A stretch of 64,000 nt of DNA, from the sequence record OZ346175.1, one strand, 5' to 3'. Source of the DNA: a phage. Of the stretch, positions 30,573 through 39,837 are shown in pieces; within the stretch, counting starts at the first letter, position 1; every line of letters begins with the position of its first letter. The notes beneath the pieces are model-generated. The model was not told the origin of the DNA. It saw only the letters and a list, made by a program, of their open reading frames with translations, and did not search any database. The position numbers were made by a program, and so were the translations under genes.

Positions 30573-30594
30573 GGGCTTGAAAGCCCCATTTTGA
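30573..30594 (+). terminator. rho-independent terminator
   Basis: ggggctt-gaa-aagcccc hairpin followed by T-rich tract. Confidence 0.5.
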
Positions 30595-30607
30595 GAGAGA
30601 TTAAAAG

Positions 30608-32389
30608 ATGACTAAATCGCTTTACGCAGTACCAGCAGGTTTAAACGCAGATGCTTACAAATCTGGTCATGTTTACCAGTACCCTAGTGCAACAGAATAC
30701 TTGATGTTCAACCTGACACCACGTAGTGACAAATGGTTTAACAGCCCCTTAGCAATTGATGGTGTAGTAGCTTTTGGTATTCAACGTTTCGTTAAAGATT
30801 ACCTGATAGACCACTGGAACGCCACTTTCTTTGAACGTGATAAAAAAGAAGCAGTTGACGAAATCTTAGAAGTCATGAATGGTGTTCTGGGTAAAGATGC
30901 TATTGGTCGAGAGCATTGGGAAGCACTTCACGATTTAGGCTATCTACCAGTTGAAGTATACGCTGTAGAAGAAGGTACAGTTGTTCCTATGCGTGTTCCA
31001 ATGATTGTCTTCCAGAACACTGTTTCAGGTTTCCATTGGGTAGCAGGTTATCTGGAAGATGCTTTCTCTGCTGAGATTTGGAAGACTTGCACCATTGCAA
31101 CTATTGCATTGCACTACAAACGTATCTGTAAGAAGTGGGCTGACCTTACTTGCGACAATGACTTACATTTACCTTATCAGTGCCATGACTTTGCTATGCG
31201 TGGTATGTCCGGCTTTACCGATGACGCATTTAATGCTGTAGGTCACTTAACCAGCTTTAAAGGAACTGATAGCTTCCCTGCTGTATACACGGCTAAACGC
31301 ATCTATGGACAGTCTTACCCAATTTCTGATATTGGTAGTTCTGTACCAGCCACTGAACACTCTGTAATGTGTGCAAACATTGCTTGGGAAGGTGGTAATG
31401 AATTGATTGAAGAGGAAAGACGCTTTAAAGGTGAGTTGCAAACCTTCCGTCGTTTCTTAACAGAAACTTACCCAACTGGTATTGCAAGTATTGTTTCAGA
31501 TACTTATAACTTCTGGAGAACTGTGTCAGAAATCTTACCAGCACTTCGTAAAGAAATTATGGAACGTGATGGTAAGCTGGTAATTCGCCCTGACTCTGGA
31601 GACCCTGTACATATTGTCACAGGCTATAAAGCAATCCACTTAGAGTGTGCTAAGAAGGCTTATTATGAGCACATAAGCAAGCTGGAAGCTAGTGACACAA
31701 TGTTGAATGCTGTTCTGAACATGAAGCTTGAAAACATCAACTATGGTATTGCTGGATGGCTACTGTCAGAAGGCTACGAAATGGTTGTTGACAGAGAAGA
31801 CTTTGAAGTTGCTGATACAGTGATGTTGAAAAATGCTTATATGGTTGGCTCTGCAAACGTTGTAACACGTCCTGTAGCAGAGATTGATGGAGCTATTAAG
31901 ACCCTGTACAACATCTTCGGAGGGACTATTAACTCTAAAGGGTTTAAGGTACTGGATGAGCACATCGGCCTTATCTATGGTGACTCTATCACGCTGGAAC
32001 GTGCAAACGAAATCCTGAAGCGTCTGTATGAAATGGGTTTTGCAAGCTCTAACGTAGTGTTTGGTGTAGGCTCTTACACTTACCAGTACATGACTCGTGA
32101 CACCTTTGCATTTGCTGTCAAAGCAACTCTTGCAAGCATTGGTGGTAAAGAGATTATGCTTGCAAAAGACCCTAAAACAGATAGTGGTGTTAAGAAATCT
32201 GCCTTTGGTGGTGTAGCACCTATGTGGGATGGTGATAAGCTGAAAGCTGTAGATGGCTATGGATTCCAGAGTTTTGCAGATGTACTTGACCACCAAGCTT
32301 GTGCTTTACGTTTAGTCTTTAGCGACTCTGAGCAGTTCGGTTATACAACTCTTGGAGATATTCGAAATAATATTGACAAGCAGCTTTAA
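30608..32389 (+). CDS. nadV: nicotinamide phosphoribosyltransferase
   Basis: 593 aa; NAMPT-like blocks (ADAYKSGH..QYP; HDFAMRGMSGF...SFKGTDSFPA). Confidence 0.85.
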   Translation: MTKSLYAVPAGLNADAYKSGHVYQYPSATEYLMFNLTPRSDKWFNSPLAIDGVVAFGIQRFVKDYLIDHWNATFFERDKKEAVDEILEVMNGVLGKDAIGREHWEALHDLGYLPVEVYAVEEGTVVPMRVPMIVFQNTVSGFHWVAGYLEDAFSAEIWKTCTIATIALHYKRICKKWADLTCDNDLHLPYQCHDFAMRGMSGFTDDAFNAVGHLTSFKGTDSFPAVYTAKRIYGQSYPISDIGSSVPATEHSVMCANIAWEGGNELIEEERRFKGELQTFRRFLTETYPTGIASIVSDTYNFWRTVSEILPALRKEIMERDGKLVIRPDSGDPVHIVTGYKAIHLECAKKAYYEHISKLEASDTMLNAVLNMKLENINYGIAGWLLSEGYEMVVDREDFEVADTVMLKNAYMVGSANVVTRPVAEIDGAIKTLYNIFGGTINSKGFKVLDEHIGLIYGDSITLERANEILKRLYEMGFASSNVVFGVGSYTYQYMTRDTFAFAVKATLASIGGKEIMLAKDPKTDSGVKKSAFGGVAPMWDGDKLKAVDGYGFQSFADVLDHQACALRLVFSDSEQFGYTTLGDIRNNIDKQL

Positions 32390-32404
32390 AAGTATATGAT
32401 AAGA

Positions 32405-32425
32405 GGCTCCTACGGGAGCCTTTTT
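32405..32425 (+). terminator. rho-independent terminator
   Basis: ggctcc-tacg-ggagcc hairpin followed by T-run. Confidence 0.6.
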
Positions 32426-32442
32426 AATTTCTGGAGAAGATT

Positions 32443-32778
32443 ATGAAAATCAAAGAAATGAACATTAACGTTGTCCTAGAAGAACGTTGGGAGAACATTA
32501 AGAAACCTGAAGATGGTAAAAAGTTCCTTAACAAAATTTTAGTAGCAGCTAAAGAAGAACTGACTGGCAAGATTGCAGCAGCAATCACAATAAAAATCTG
32601 TGTAAAAGGTCTTCCACAACATCACCAATTTGCACTTGACGAGTTTAAAGGAAGCTTCTACAATCCAAACAAACAGATGCTTGAAAGTAACTTTGCAGTG
32701 TCTACAAGTATCGTTCATGACAGAAGCTTTATCCTTTACAAGAATATGAGAGGTGAGTCATGCAAGCATATTGGATAG
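32443..32778 (+). CDS. hypothetical protein
   Basis: 111-aa ORF. Confidence 0.45.
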   Translation: MKIKEMNINVVLEERWENIKKPEDGKKFLNKILVAAKEELTGKIAAAITIKICVKGLPQHHQFALDEFKGSFYNPNKQMLESNFAVSTSIVHDRSFILYKNMRGESCKHIG

Positions 32779-32936
32779 AAATTTTACTGTCACTCGGTAG
32801 TGTAGCAGTCCTTGTTTATCTTCTTTGTAAGTACTTTGCAGAACACAAGAAGTGTGACTACTGTAACGGAGAAGGGTATACAAGAGCAGGTTGTTGCCCT
32901 ATGTGTGGTGGTTCTGGTAAAATGTTTAATAAGTAA
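32760..32936 (+). CDS. hypothetical membrane-anchored zinc-ribbon protein
   Basis: 58-aa ORF (MQAYWIEILLSLGSVAVLVYLL...CDYCNGEGY...CPMCGGSGK); below ORF-track size cut-off. Confidence 0.3.
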   Translation: MQAYWIEILLSLGSVAVLVYLLCKYFAEHKKCDYCNGEGYTRAGCCPMCGGSGKMFNK

Positions 32937-32964
32937 TTTAACAGTAAACTAAGAGGAAAGTATT

Positions 32965-33711
32965 ATGCGCATGGTAAATGACCACGCAGAAGTGATTAAG
33001 AGTTCAACTTCTTTAGAGACGTCTCAAGCACAGATTACAATGACACCTGAGATGTTCAGCCTTTTGAGTTCTGGTGTATACACCTTTAAAGAAAGGGCAG
33101 TGATTCGTGAACTGTCATGTAACGCAGTAGATGCTCAGAAAGAAGCTGGAAAAGAGAACATCCCATTCCATGTGCATTTACCTACTCGTTTTGAGCCTTA
33201 CTTCGAAGTTCGTGATTTTGGAACTGGATTGACTCATGATAAAGTAATGAGTTTGTATCTGAACTATGGGGCTTCTACGAAGAATGACTCCAATGATTAC
33301 ATTGGTGCAATGGGTATCGGCTCAAAATCCCCATTTGCAATTGCTCAGTCATTCACAGTATCTAGCTATGTTGATGGTGTTGTTAATAAGTACTCTGTTT
33401 ACCTTGAGAATGGTATCCCTCAAGTAACTAAGCTTACTACCAACCCAACAAATGAACCCAATGGTTTAGCTGTACGTGTGGCAGTTGCTGACCATCGTAT
33501 TTCAAAGTTCTTTGAAGAGGCTGGTCACGTATACTCATACTTTGCTGTAAAACCAGAAAGTAACATTGTATATGATGATGTATTAGCAGATATGAATGTC
33601 ATTGCCCGTGAAGAGGGTGTTTATGATGCTATGATTCATAAGCAAAGCTGGCGTTCTAGTGGCAACAGGACAGAGTTTAATGTGGTGATGGGTAATATTG
33701 CCACCCAGTGA
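32965..33711 (+). CDS. rIIA: rIIA-like protein, N-terminal GHKL ATPase part
   Basis: GHKL-type motifs (ELSCNAVDAQ; RDFGTGLT; GAMGIGSKS); ends 4 nt into the next ORF, which continues the rIIA-sized product. Confidence 0.55.
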   Translation: MRMVNDHAEVIKSSTSLETSQAQITMTPEMFSLLSSGVYTFKERAVIRELSCNAVDAQKEAGKENIPFHVHLPTRFEPYFEVRDFGTGLTHDKVMSLYLNYGASTKNDSNDYIGAMGIGSKSPFAIAQSFTVSSYVDGVVNKYSVYLENGIPQVTKLTTNPTNEPNGLAVRVAVADHRISKFFEEAGHVYSYFAVKPESNIVYDDVLADMNVIAREEGVYDAMIHKQSWRSSGNRTEFNVVMGNIATQ

Positions 33712-35330
33712 ACATGGAAGCATTACTTGGTGATGATTTCTTCAAAGTCTTGCCAGAGTTTTTCCGTAGGAGCGTAGACCTTGTAAACATCTACATGCCT
33801 ATTGGTTCAGTTGCTATTGCAGCTTCTCGTGAAGCATTGCAGATGAATGACACGACAAAAAATGTTATCATTGAGGCTACTAAAAAGATAACTGAAGCCA
33901 TTACAAAGGATGTTATCAAGAAAGTTAATAGCCAACCTACACTCATGGATGCTGCACAGGCTTATGCTGAGTTACGTTTGAACTCACGAGAGATGTTTAA
34001 TGCTGTGTGTCCAAAGCTAGAGTGGGGTGGCGTTAAGCTTGATTCTCTGGAAGAAGAATTGCTAAACATTCGTCGTGGAATTATCTACGCAGAAGACGGC
34101 TCAGTCATTTACGAACGTGACGGTAAAGGTAATATTAAGGTTGATAGGAACGGGAACAATATCCCTAAAGTAGATTATCTTTATGACCCAGTTGCTTATG
34201 TCAAGTTTAACTCTTTAGAGAGTAAGATTCGTGCAACAGCACTATCCTACACTCAAGAGGCGAGCATGTTCAACATCTTTGGTGCAATGCGCAAAAGCCA
34301 GATTGGACAGTTTTTGTTCGTGATTAATGACCGTCGAAATAAAAATGGCACTGAGAAGACTGTTGGGCGTAACCAAATCTTGCGTGGTGCATGTCGAGAC
34401 TATGCAAGTGAGTCTAGTCTGTTTCACAGATACAATGGTATTGTCTTTGTATTCTCGACTGAAAAAGAGTTAGATGACTTAATCAATCTGCACAAACTTG
34501 ATAAAAGCTTGCTAAAGATTGTGAAAATGTCTGATAAGGAACACCATTACCAGCGTAAAGAAGCTGTAAGAGGTGTTGTAAAACTCTGGAAAGCTGTTCC
34601 AGCAGAAGGTGTAGCCTCCTACAAAGAGGTGTCAGAGGACTTAGACACAATTGAAGAACCTCAGCTTTACATTAAGGCAATTGGTGACACAGTTGATGGC
34701 GAATGTTTTTGCTCATCTCCAGAAGATGTAGCTAAGTCAGTTGCCAATGTCATTGAAAAGACAGTCTATGTTTTCCGAAAAGCAAATTGGAAAAAGATAC
34801 CAGAAGACTGGATTGAAGTAGATGAGAAGCTCTTGAGCAACAGCTTAACTAATGTTCACTGGATTAATCATAACAGGTATATGACACGTATCTATATGAA
34901 TGGTGTCCTAGACCTGACAAGCAGTTGGATTATTGCCAGAAACTTTACGTTCAATAACAGGAAGATTTCTCGTGGCTATTGCTATTCACGGGATACAAAC
35001 AAAACTATCTTCCTAGAAGGTAATGAAGAGGCTGTAGAGGCAATGTTTGGTAAAATCCAGTATGTTGCTGCACCATTTGCATACACTTACACTATTAGTG
35101 TGTTGAAAACTTTGAAAGATTGTCTTGACAACGATACAAAGCTTTACAAGAAAATTAAGAAAGCTGGTGACCGTATGGTTATTAAGGTGACAAACTACCT
35201 TTCAAAAAGAAAACAAGAAAACTTCTTGCTTTCCCATTTAGATTGGAATAAAGTGTCACCCATCGAAGTGAGTAAGTTCTTAGGTTTTGATGTGAAGTGT
35301 GTTCCAGAAGGAACTACAGTTTACGATTAA
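33708..35330 (+). CDS. rIIA: rIIA-like protein, C-terminal part
   Basis: 540-aa ORF starting at GTG 33708 (ATG at 33714) overlapping the upstream stop; followed by rIIB-like gene. Confidence 0.5.
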   Translation: MNMEALLGDDFFKVLPEFFRRSVDLVNIYMPIGSVAIAASREALQMNDTTKNVIIEATKKITEAITKDVIKKVNSQPTLMDAAQAYAELRLNSREMFNAVCPKLEWGGVKLDSLEEELLNIRRGIIYAEDGSVIYERDGKGNIKVDRNGNNIPKVDYLYDPVAYVKFNSLESKIRATALSYTQEASMFNIFGAMRKSQIGQFLFVINDRRNKNGTEKTVGRNQILRGACRDYASESSLFHRYNGIVFVFSTEKELDDLINLHKLDKSLLKIVKMSDKEHHYQRKEAVRGVVKLWKAVPAEGVASYKEVSEDLDTIEEPQLYIKAIGDTVDGECFCSSPEDVAKSVANVIEKTVYVFRKANWKKIPEDWIEVDEKLLSNSLTNVHWINHNRYMTRIYMNGVLDLTSSWIIARNFTFNNRKISRGYCYSRDTNKTIFLEGNEEAVEAMFGKIQYVAAPFAYTYTISVLKTLKDCLDNDTKLYKKIKKAGDRMVIKVTNYLSKRKQENFLLSHLDWNKVSPIEVSKFLGFDVKCVPEGTTVYD

Positions 35331-35335
35331 AGTGT

Positions 35336-35365
35336 TTGACAAGGGGCTTCAAAGCCCCTTAGAAT
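35336..35365 (+). promoter_or_regulatory. sigma70-type promoter with palindromic spacer
   Basis: TTGACA-N18-TAGAAT; spacer is the inverted repeat aggggcttcaaagcccct. Confidence 0.45.
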
Positions 35366-35409
35366 ATCCTCAAAAAATGATTTATTAACTAACAAGAGAG
35401 AGTAATAAG

Positions 35410-36492
35410 ATGACTACTAAAACTAAAGCACAGATTGACGCAGAAATTTACAAACTGGTTAAAGAAGGTAAGCTGACTAAAACAGCTATTGCACAGAAAT
35501 TTAATACTTCAACCCGTTCAGTCGGTCGTGCTGTAGAGCGTCATGAAGCAATATTAAAAGGGAATAAGAAGGTAACTTCTACACCAGCTACGAAGACTTT
35601 GAAGCAAGTTGCTAAGACCTTTAAAAAGAAAGCTGACAAACCAGTTGAAAAGGTTGTTAAAGATTCTGTACAGAAAGCTCCAGTAAATAAACTGCACGAA
35701 GCTATGCAGAAAGATGACAAGATTGAGTACATGATTACTGGTGACTCTGTAATTATGACTTACGGTTCAGAATCTGAAATTGTTGAGTCTACTCATCCGA
35801 ACTATCAAGAGATTGTAGTTCATGTTGTGAAAGGTGAGTTCAAGAAAGCCTTTGAACTGATGAACATTCGTAAGTCTATCGAAAACTTCACGCAGGGAGC
35901 TATCACAATCAAAGGTGATAAGCTATTCTACGGTGCTGTTGAGATGCGTTCTACTCTGGTTGACCGTATACTTCACATGATGAAAACTGGTGATAAAGGT
36001 TTTGAACGACTTGTAATGTTCTTCGAAAAACTGATGGAAAACCCATCTAAAGATTCTGTAGAACAACTTTGGGGATTCATATCTCACCTTGATGTTGAAA
36101 TTGATGAAGAAGGCTACATCATTGGTTGGAAGAAAGTCTCTACTCGTGAAGGCAAGCTGGTTGACTCCCGCACCTGCAAAGTACCTAATGATTTGGGTAA
36201 CATTGTAGAAATGCCACGTTGGATGGTTGATAATAACCGTAACGTGACTTGCTCTCAAGGTCTTCACGTTGGTGCTTGGGATTATGTTCGTTACTTCTCA
36301 GGTGATACAATTCTGAAGGTTCGTGTCCATCCACGAGACGTTGTATCCGTACCAACTGATTACAACGATATGAAGATGCGTTCGTCTCGTTATGAAGTTG
36401 CAGCAATCGTTGATAATCAACGTAAAGTGCTGAAAGAATGGGATGGCAAGACTGAAGCTTTGCATGACGTAAACGTGAAATCTAATAAGTAA
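35410..36492 (+). CDS. rIIB: rIIB-like protein
   Basis: 360 aa; C-terminal blocks (LFYGAVEMRSTLVDRIL; CSQGLHVG; VHPRDVVSVPTDYNDMKMR) match recalled T4 rIIB. Confidence 0.7.
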   Translation: MTTKTKAQIDAEIYKLVKEGKLTKTAIAQKFNTSTRSVGRAVERHEAILKGNKKVTSTPATKTLKQVAKTFKKKADKPVEKVVKDSVQKAPVNKLHEAMQKDDKIEYMITGDSVIMTYGSESEIVESTHPNYQEIVVHVVKGEFKKAFELMNIRKSIENFTQGAITIKGDKLFYGAVEMRSTLVDRILHMMKTGDKGFERLVMFFEKLMENPSKDSVEQLWGFISHLDVEIDEEGYIIGWKKVSTREGKLVDSRTCKVPNDLGNIVEMPRWMVDNNRNVTCSQGLHVGAWDYVRYFSGDTILKVRVHPRDVVSVPTDYNDMKMRSSRYEVAAIVDNQRKVLKEWDGKTEALHDVNVKSNK

Positions 36493-36501
36493 TTTCTTAA
36501 A

Positions 36502-36526
36502 AGGCTGCTTCGGCGGCCTTTTTTAT
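36502..36526 (+). terminator. rho-independent terminator
   Basis: aggctgc-ttcg-gcggcct hairpin followed by T-run. Confidence 0.55.
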
Positions 36527-36585
36527 TTGTATTTTGTGCAGAGTGCTGTATAATTGTTGTCACGATAAACTAAACAGGAGAACCA

Positions 36586-37134
36586 ATGAAGAAATTGATT
36601 CTAGGTTTGTGCTTAATGTTTACAGCACACTTATCTTATGCAGTTGACTGCCCAGAGCTATCAATTAGCCAAAAAGTAAACATGTTAAAAGCTTACCAGT
36701 ATGGTGAGAATAACATGGGTAAAGGTTGGGGTATCACTCTAGCTGCTATAGCCTTACAAGAGTCAGAGTTAGGTCTGAAGGTAGAGAATAAAAAGACACA
36801 TGATTATGGTATCTTCCAGAATCACTTGAAGACTGTTGTAAAGCGTAACAAAATCAGTCCTAATGTGGCTAAAAAGAAACTCTTAAAAGACTTTGACTAT
36901 GCTGCTAAGGAAACTCACAAAGAGCTTGAGTTTTGGACAAAGGTGCATGGTCAGCCAAAGTCAAAGAAGACTTTACAAAAAGTCTTAGCATCATATAATG
37001 CTGGGTATTCGTACAGAATCCCTAAAGCTAAGAAATATTCTCAAGATGTTTATAACAATATGAAAGTAATTGCTCAATGTGAATTTGCAACAAACATTTC
37101 TAAGGTAAACCATGAAAAAATTAAGAAAGTCTGA
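36586..37134 (+). CDS. secreted lytic transglycosylase-like protein
   Basis: Signal peptide (MKKLILGLCLMFTAHLSYA) and SLT-like motifs (QESELG; DYGIFQ; SYNAGYS). Confidence 0.55.
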   Translation: MKKLILGLCLMFTAHLSYAVDCPELSISQKVNMLKAYQYGENNMGKGWGITLAAIALQESELGLKVENKKTHDYGIFQNHLKTVVKRNKISPNVAKKKLLKDFDYAAKETHKELEFWTKVHGQPKSKKTLQKVLASYNAGYSYRIPKAKKYSQDVYNNMKVIAQCEFATNISKVNHEKIKKV

Positions 37135-37807
37135 TGAAGTATTGTGCCATGCTTATGACTTACATCCTCATGAGTTAGTTCTTGATTCCTGTGTATGGAC
37201 TCCAGAACAGTGCAGGGATTTTGAAGACACCGCAAGAGAAGTTGTATGTTCACTTGAAGAGTTCCACACATCAGAGCCAATTGTGAATGTTGTAGATAAA
37301 GAGACTGGACAAACTATAGGTGTAAGTCGTGATAGCTTAGTCATAGTCAATAAAGACCTTGTAGAAAAAGGTAACCTCATCTTAGCAGATATTGATGGTG
37401 TTCTTACAAATTTTAATCACGAAGATTGCTCAACGGAATTGACTGATGGGTCATTCTCACAGTACACTAATCTTCTTGACTCTGTAAGAGCAAAACCAAC
37501 GTATGTCTTTAGTATTATTGATGCAATTACTAATCATGCTGCCATTGGACTCTTGACAGCGAGAGGTGAATCTCAGAGAATACCTACTGAGATGTTTTTA
37601 AGGCACAATATAGAGCATGATTACTTGCTTTTTATGCGTGGTTTTGGAACTAACTCTATAAGTGCAGAAAGTTTGAAAGTGAGGATGATTCAATCTTGCA
37701 TTCTTCCTTACTTTAATATAGTATGTTTTATAGAAGATACAGAGAAGAATGTTCAGAAGGTAAACAGAATACTTCCACACATCAAAACCATGTTAGTTAA
37801 ACATTGA
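37112..37807 (+). CDS. HAD-superfamily phosphatase-like protein
   Basis: HAD motif I-like ILADIDGVL; true start may be an internal Met. Confidence 0.4.
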   Translation: MKKLRKSDEVLCHAYDLHPHELVLDSCVWTPEQCRDFEDTAREVVCSLEEFHTSEPIVNVVDKETGQTIGVSRDSLVIVNKDLVEKGNLILADIDGVLTNFNHEDCSTELTDGSFSQYTNLLDSVRAKPTYVFSIIDAITNHAAIGLLTARGESQRIPTEMFLRHNIEHDYLLFMRGFGTNSISAESLKVRMIQSCILPYFNIVCFIEDTEKNVQKVNRILPHIKTMLVKH

Positions 37808-37817
37808 GAGAAAACTT

Positions 37818-38282
37818 ATGAACAATATCATTACGGTAGCACTGGATGTTACGGCAAACAAATCTGAAGTAGTTCGTAACATTATCAAGAGCAACTTTGA
37901 GGGTAAAATTTTCCGTGCTGTCAACGTAAAAGCAGACGGTAACATCCGAGAGTATCGTGCTCTTTTGAATGTTAAGAAACACGTAAAAGGTTCTGGCTCA
38001 ACCACAGCACACAAAGAAAACCTGATGACTATCTATGATATGGGGATGGCTTCAGAATTAGGTGCTGAAGGTATCGTTAAAGAAGGTGCTCCGTATCGCT
38101 CTTTCAATCTGGAAACTGCTCTTATGCTTTCCTTTACAAGTGGTTCTAAAACAACTACTTATCTCTTTACTGATGCTGCAACGGTATCTGCTATCAAGGA
38201 TAGCACTGTCAAAGCTGGGGTAGCTGCTGCTGCAAAAGCTTCTTCGATGGCTGCAAATGTCCTTGCTAAAGTCCTCGGTTAA
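37818..38282 (+). CDS. hypothetical protein
   Basis: 154-aa ORF with good RBS spacing, followed by terminator. Confidence 0.5.
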   Translation: MNNIITVALDVTANKSEVVRNIIKSNFEGKIFRAVNVKADGNIREYRALLNVKKHVKGSGSTTAHKENLMTIYDMGMASELGAEGIVKEGAPYRSFNLETALMLSFTSGSKTTTYLFTDAATVSAIKDSTVKAGVAAAAKASSMAANVLAKVLG

Positions 38283-38294
38283 GGTTAAGATACA

Positions 38295-38315
38295 GGCTCC
38301 TTCGGGAGCCTTTTT
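38295..38315 (+). terminator. rho-independent terminator
   Basis: ggctcc-ttcg-ggagcc hairpin followed by T-run. Confidence 0.6.
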
Positions 38316-38334
38316 CATTTCAGGAGATTGTTAA

Positions 38335-38682
38335 ATGACATTTAAAGAGTTCTGTCAAGCTACTTTCATAATTGTTTTCTTAGTTGGGGCAGGTGTCTGG
38401 GGAGGATACTCTTACAGAGACTATCAAGTTGCTGAAGCTGAGCTAAATAATGAGAAACTAATAAGTGTTGCCAAAGATGCTTATCAGGAAGGTTTAGCCA
38501 CACTGAGCACCAATTACAAAAATGATTTGAAAGATGTGCTTGCTAAGAATAAGCATACAAAAGAGGTACTAACGTATGAAAAGACTAAGCCAGAGTTTTA
38601 TAATGTTTGTGTTACTGATAATTATGTCAGGGTGTTCAACGAACAAAGTGAGCAGTACATTCAAAAACTCCCAAGTAAGTGA
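38335..38682 (+). CDS. putative inner-membrane spanin (Rz-like)
   Basis: N-terminal transmembrane segment (FIIVFLVGAGVWGGY) then charged helical periplasmic region; lipoprotein gene embedded in its 3' end. Confidence 0.45.
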   Translation: MTFKEFCQATFIIVFLVGAGVWGGYSYRDYQVAEAELNNEKLISVAKDAYQEGLATLSTNYKNDLKDVLAKNKHTKEVLTYEKTKPEFYNVCVTDNYVRVFNEQSEQYIQKLPSK

Positions 38683-38845
38683 GAGTGATAAGTACACTCA
38701 AGAAGAATCACGGTATAGCATCAAAGGCAACACAGGTAGTGATGTAGCAGCAGCACTTGAGTTCTACCGTGACGGATTTTACCAGTGTACAATCAAAGCT
38801 AATAACCTTATTGACATGATTTTATTAGGGAATAAGCAGCAATGA
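38576..38845 (+). CDS. putative outer-membrane spanin lipoprotein (Rz1-like)
   Basis: Signal peptide with lipobox MSGC; starts inside the previous gene in another frame and extends past it. Confidence 0.45.
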   Translation: MKRLSQSFIMFVLLIIMSGCSTNKVSSTFKNSQVSESDKYTQEESRYSIKGNTGSDVAAALEFYRDGFYQCTIKANNLIDMILLGNKQQ

Positions 38846-39111
38846 CAGAGAACGAAGATACTTTCTATGTAGAAGGGTACTTACTGCTACCACGACCAAA
38901 AGAAACTTATATGCGGGTTGATTTCTCACCAACCATTATGGATAACGTGATGTGTCATATCTTTATGCAAGGTGTCACAGCACAACTTAAGCATGTTGGT
39001 AAAGAGTGCAAAATAAAGGTTGACACTCATCCAGAAATCAAAGAGAATCACTACACATGGTTCTTACCAGACTCTAAAGAAATCTTAGCAGTTCTTAAAA
39101 CGAGGAAGTAG
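38842..39111 (+). CDS. hypothetical protein
   Basis: 89-aa ORF. Confidence 0.4.
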   Translation: MTENEDTFYVEGYLLLPRPKETYMRVDFSPTIMDNVMCHIFMQGVTAQLKHVGKECKIKVDTHPEIKENHYTWFLPDSKEILAVLKTRK

Positions 39112-39113
39112 CT

Positions 39114-39368
39114 ATGCAGATTAATGGAAGAGACTTTGTAGCCGTTTACTATGATAACGATAAAGAAGTTGGTGTAGCACAGGTAACCTATGGCAATGGT
39201 AAGTGGCTATATGGAACAATCGCAGTAGTAGGAACAAGAAGTGATACAAAAACTTTTAAAGATTGTGTTGACCTTCTTGAAGAATCCATCCACAATCATT
39301 GGTGTCTGATATGGATGACTGACAATGAAGTGATGGAACGTTTCAAAAAAAAATTGATATCAACATAG
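39114..39368 (+). CDS. hypothetical protein
   Basis: 84-aa ORF. Confidence 0.4.
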   Translation: MQINGRDFVAVYYDNDKEVGVAQVTYGNGKWLYGTIAVVGTRSDTKTFKDCVDLLEESIHNHWCLIWMTDNEVMERFKKKLIST

Positions 39369-39416
39369 ACAGCATTGAGCATGTTGACTTGTATGAACTG
39401 ACTGAGAAGGTAAATT

Positions 39417-39644
39417 ATGAAAGTAATTCTAGCCAGAGATAAAAAGACACGGAAAATTATCCGGTCAGCAGTATTTATTGGAAGAAATGAAGTGATTCCT
39501 TTTACAGCAAATGATGCGATAGTCTACAGGAAAAAATTAGCATTCAGTTATTGCTTACGTGGCTTTATCTCCCAGCCATTGGAAGACTTTAAAAGTCGTT
39601 GTGGTAAAGGTATCATCATTCAAGAGGCAATTATCAATGGCTGA
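39417..39644 (+). CDS. hypothetical protein
   Basis: 75-aa ORF. Confidence 0.35.
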   Translation: MKVILARDKKTRKIIRSAVFIGRNEVIPFTANDAIVYRKKLAFSYCLRGFISQPLEDFKSRCGKGIIIQEAIING

Positions 39645-39837
39645 CTTCTGCAAAGACTGTTCTATCGAAATGTTTGGACGTGATACAGGTGACTTAAAAG
39701 GTCTTATCACTGAAGACGACTTTAAAGCTGGTTATGCAATGCCAGTAATCTGTGAAGGTTGTGGGTGTATCTGGGTAGACCACGAAGGGCAACGTGTAAA
39801 ACCTTCAGAGGATAAAGAATCTTGGGAGAGATGTTAA
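39637..39837 (+). CDS. hypothetical zinc-binding protein
   Basis: ORF 39559..39837 trimmed to MADFCKDCS...CEGCGC. Confidence 0.35.
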   Translation: MADFCKDCSIEMFGRDTGDLKGLITEDDFKAGYAMPVICEGCGCIWVDHEGQRVKPSEDKESWERC

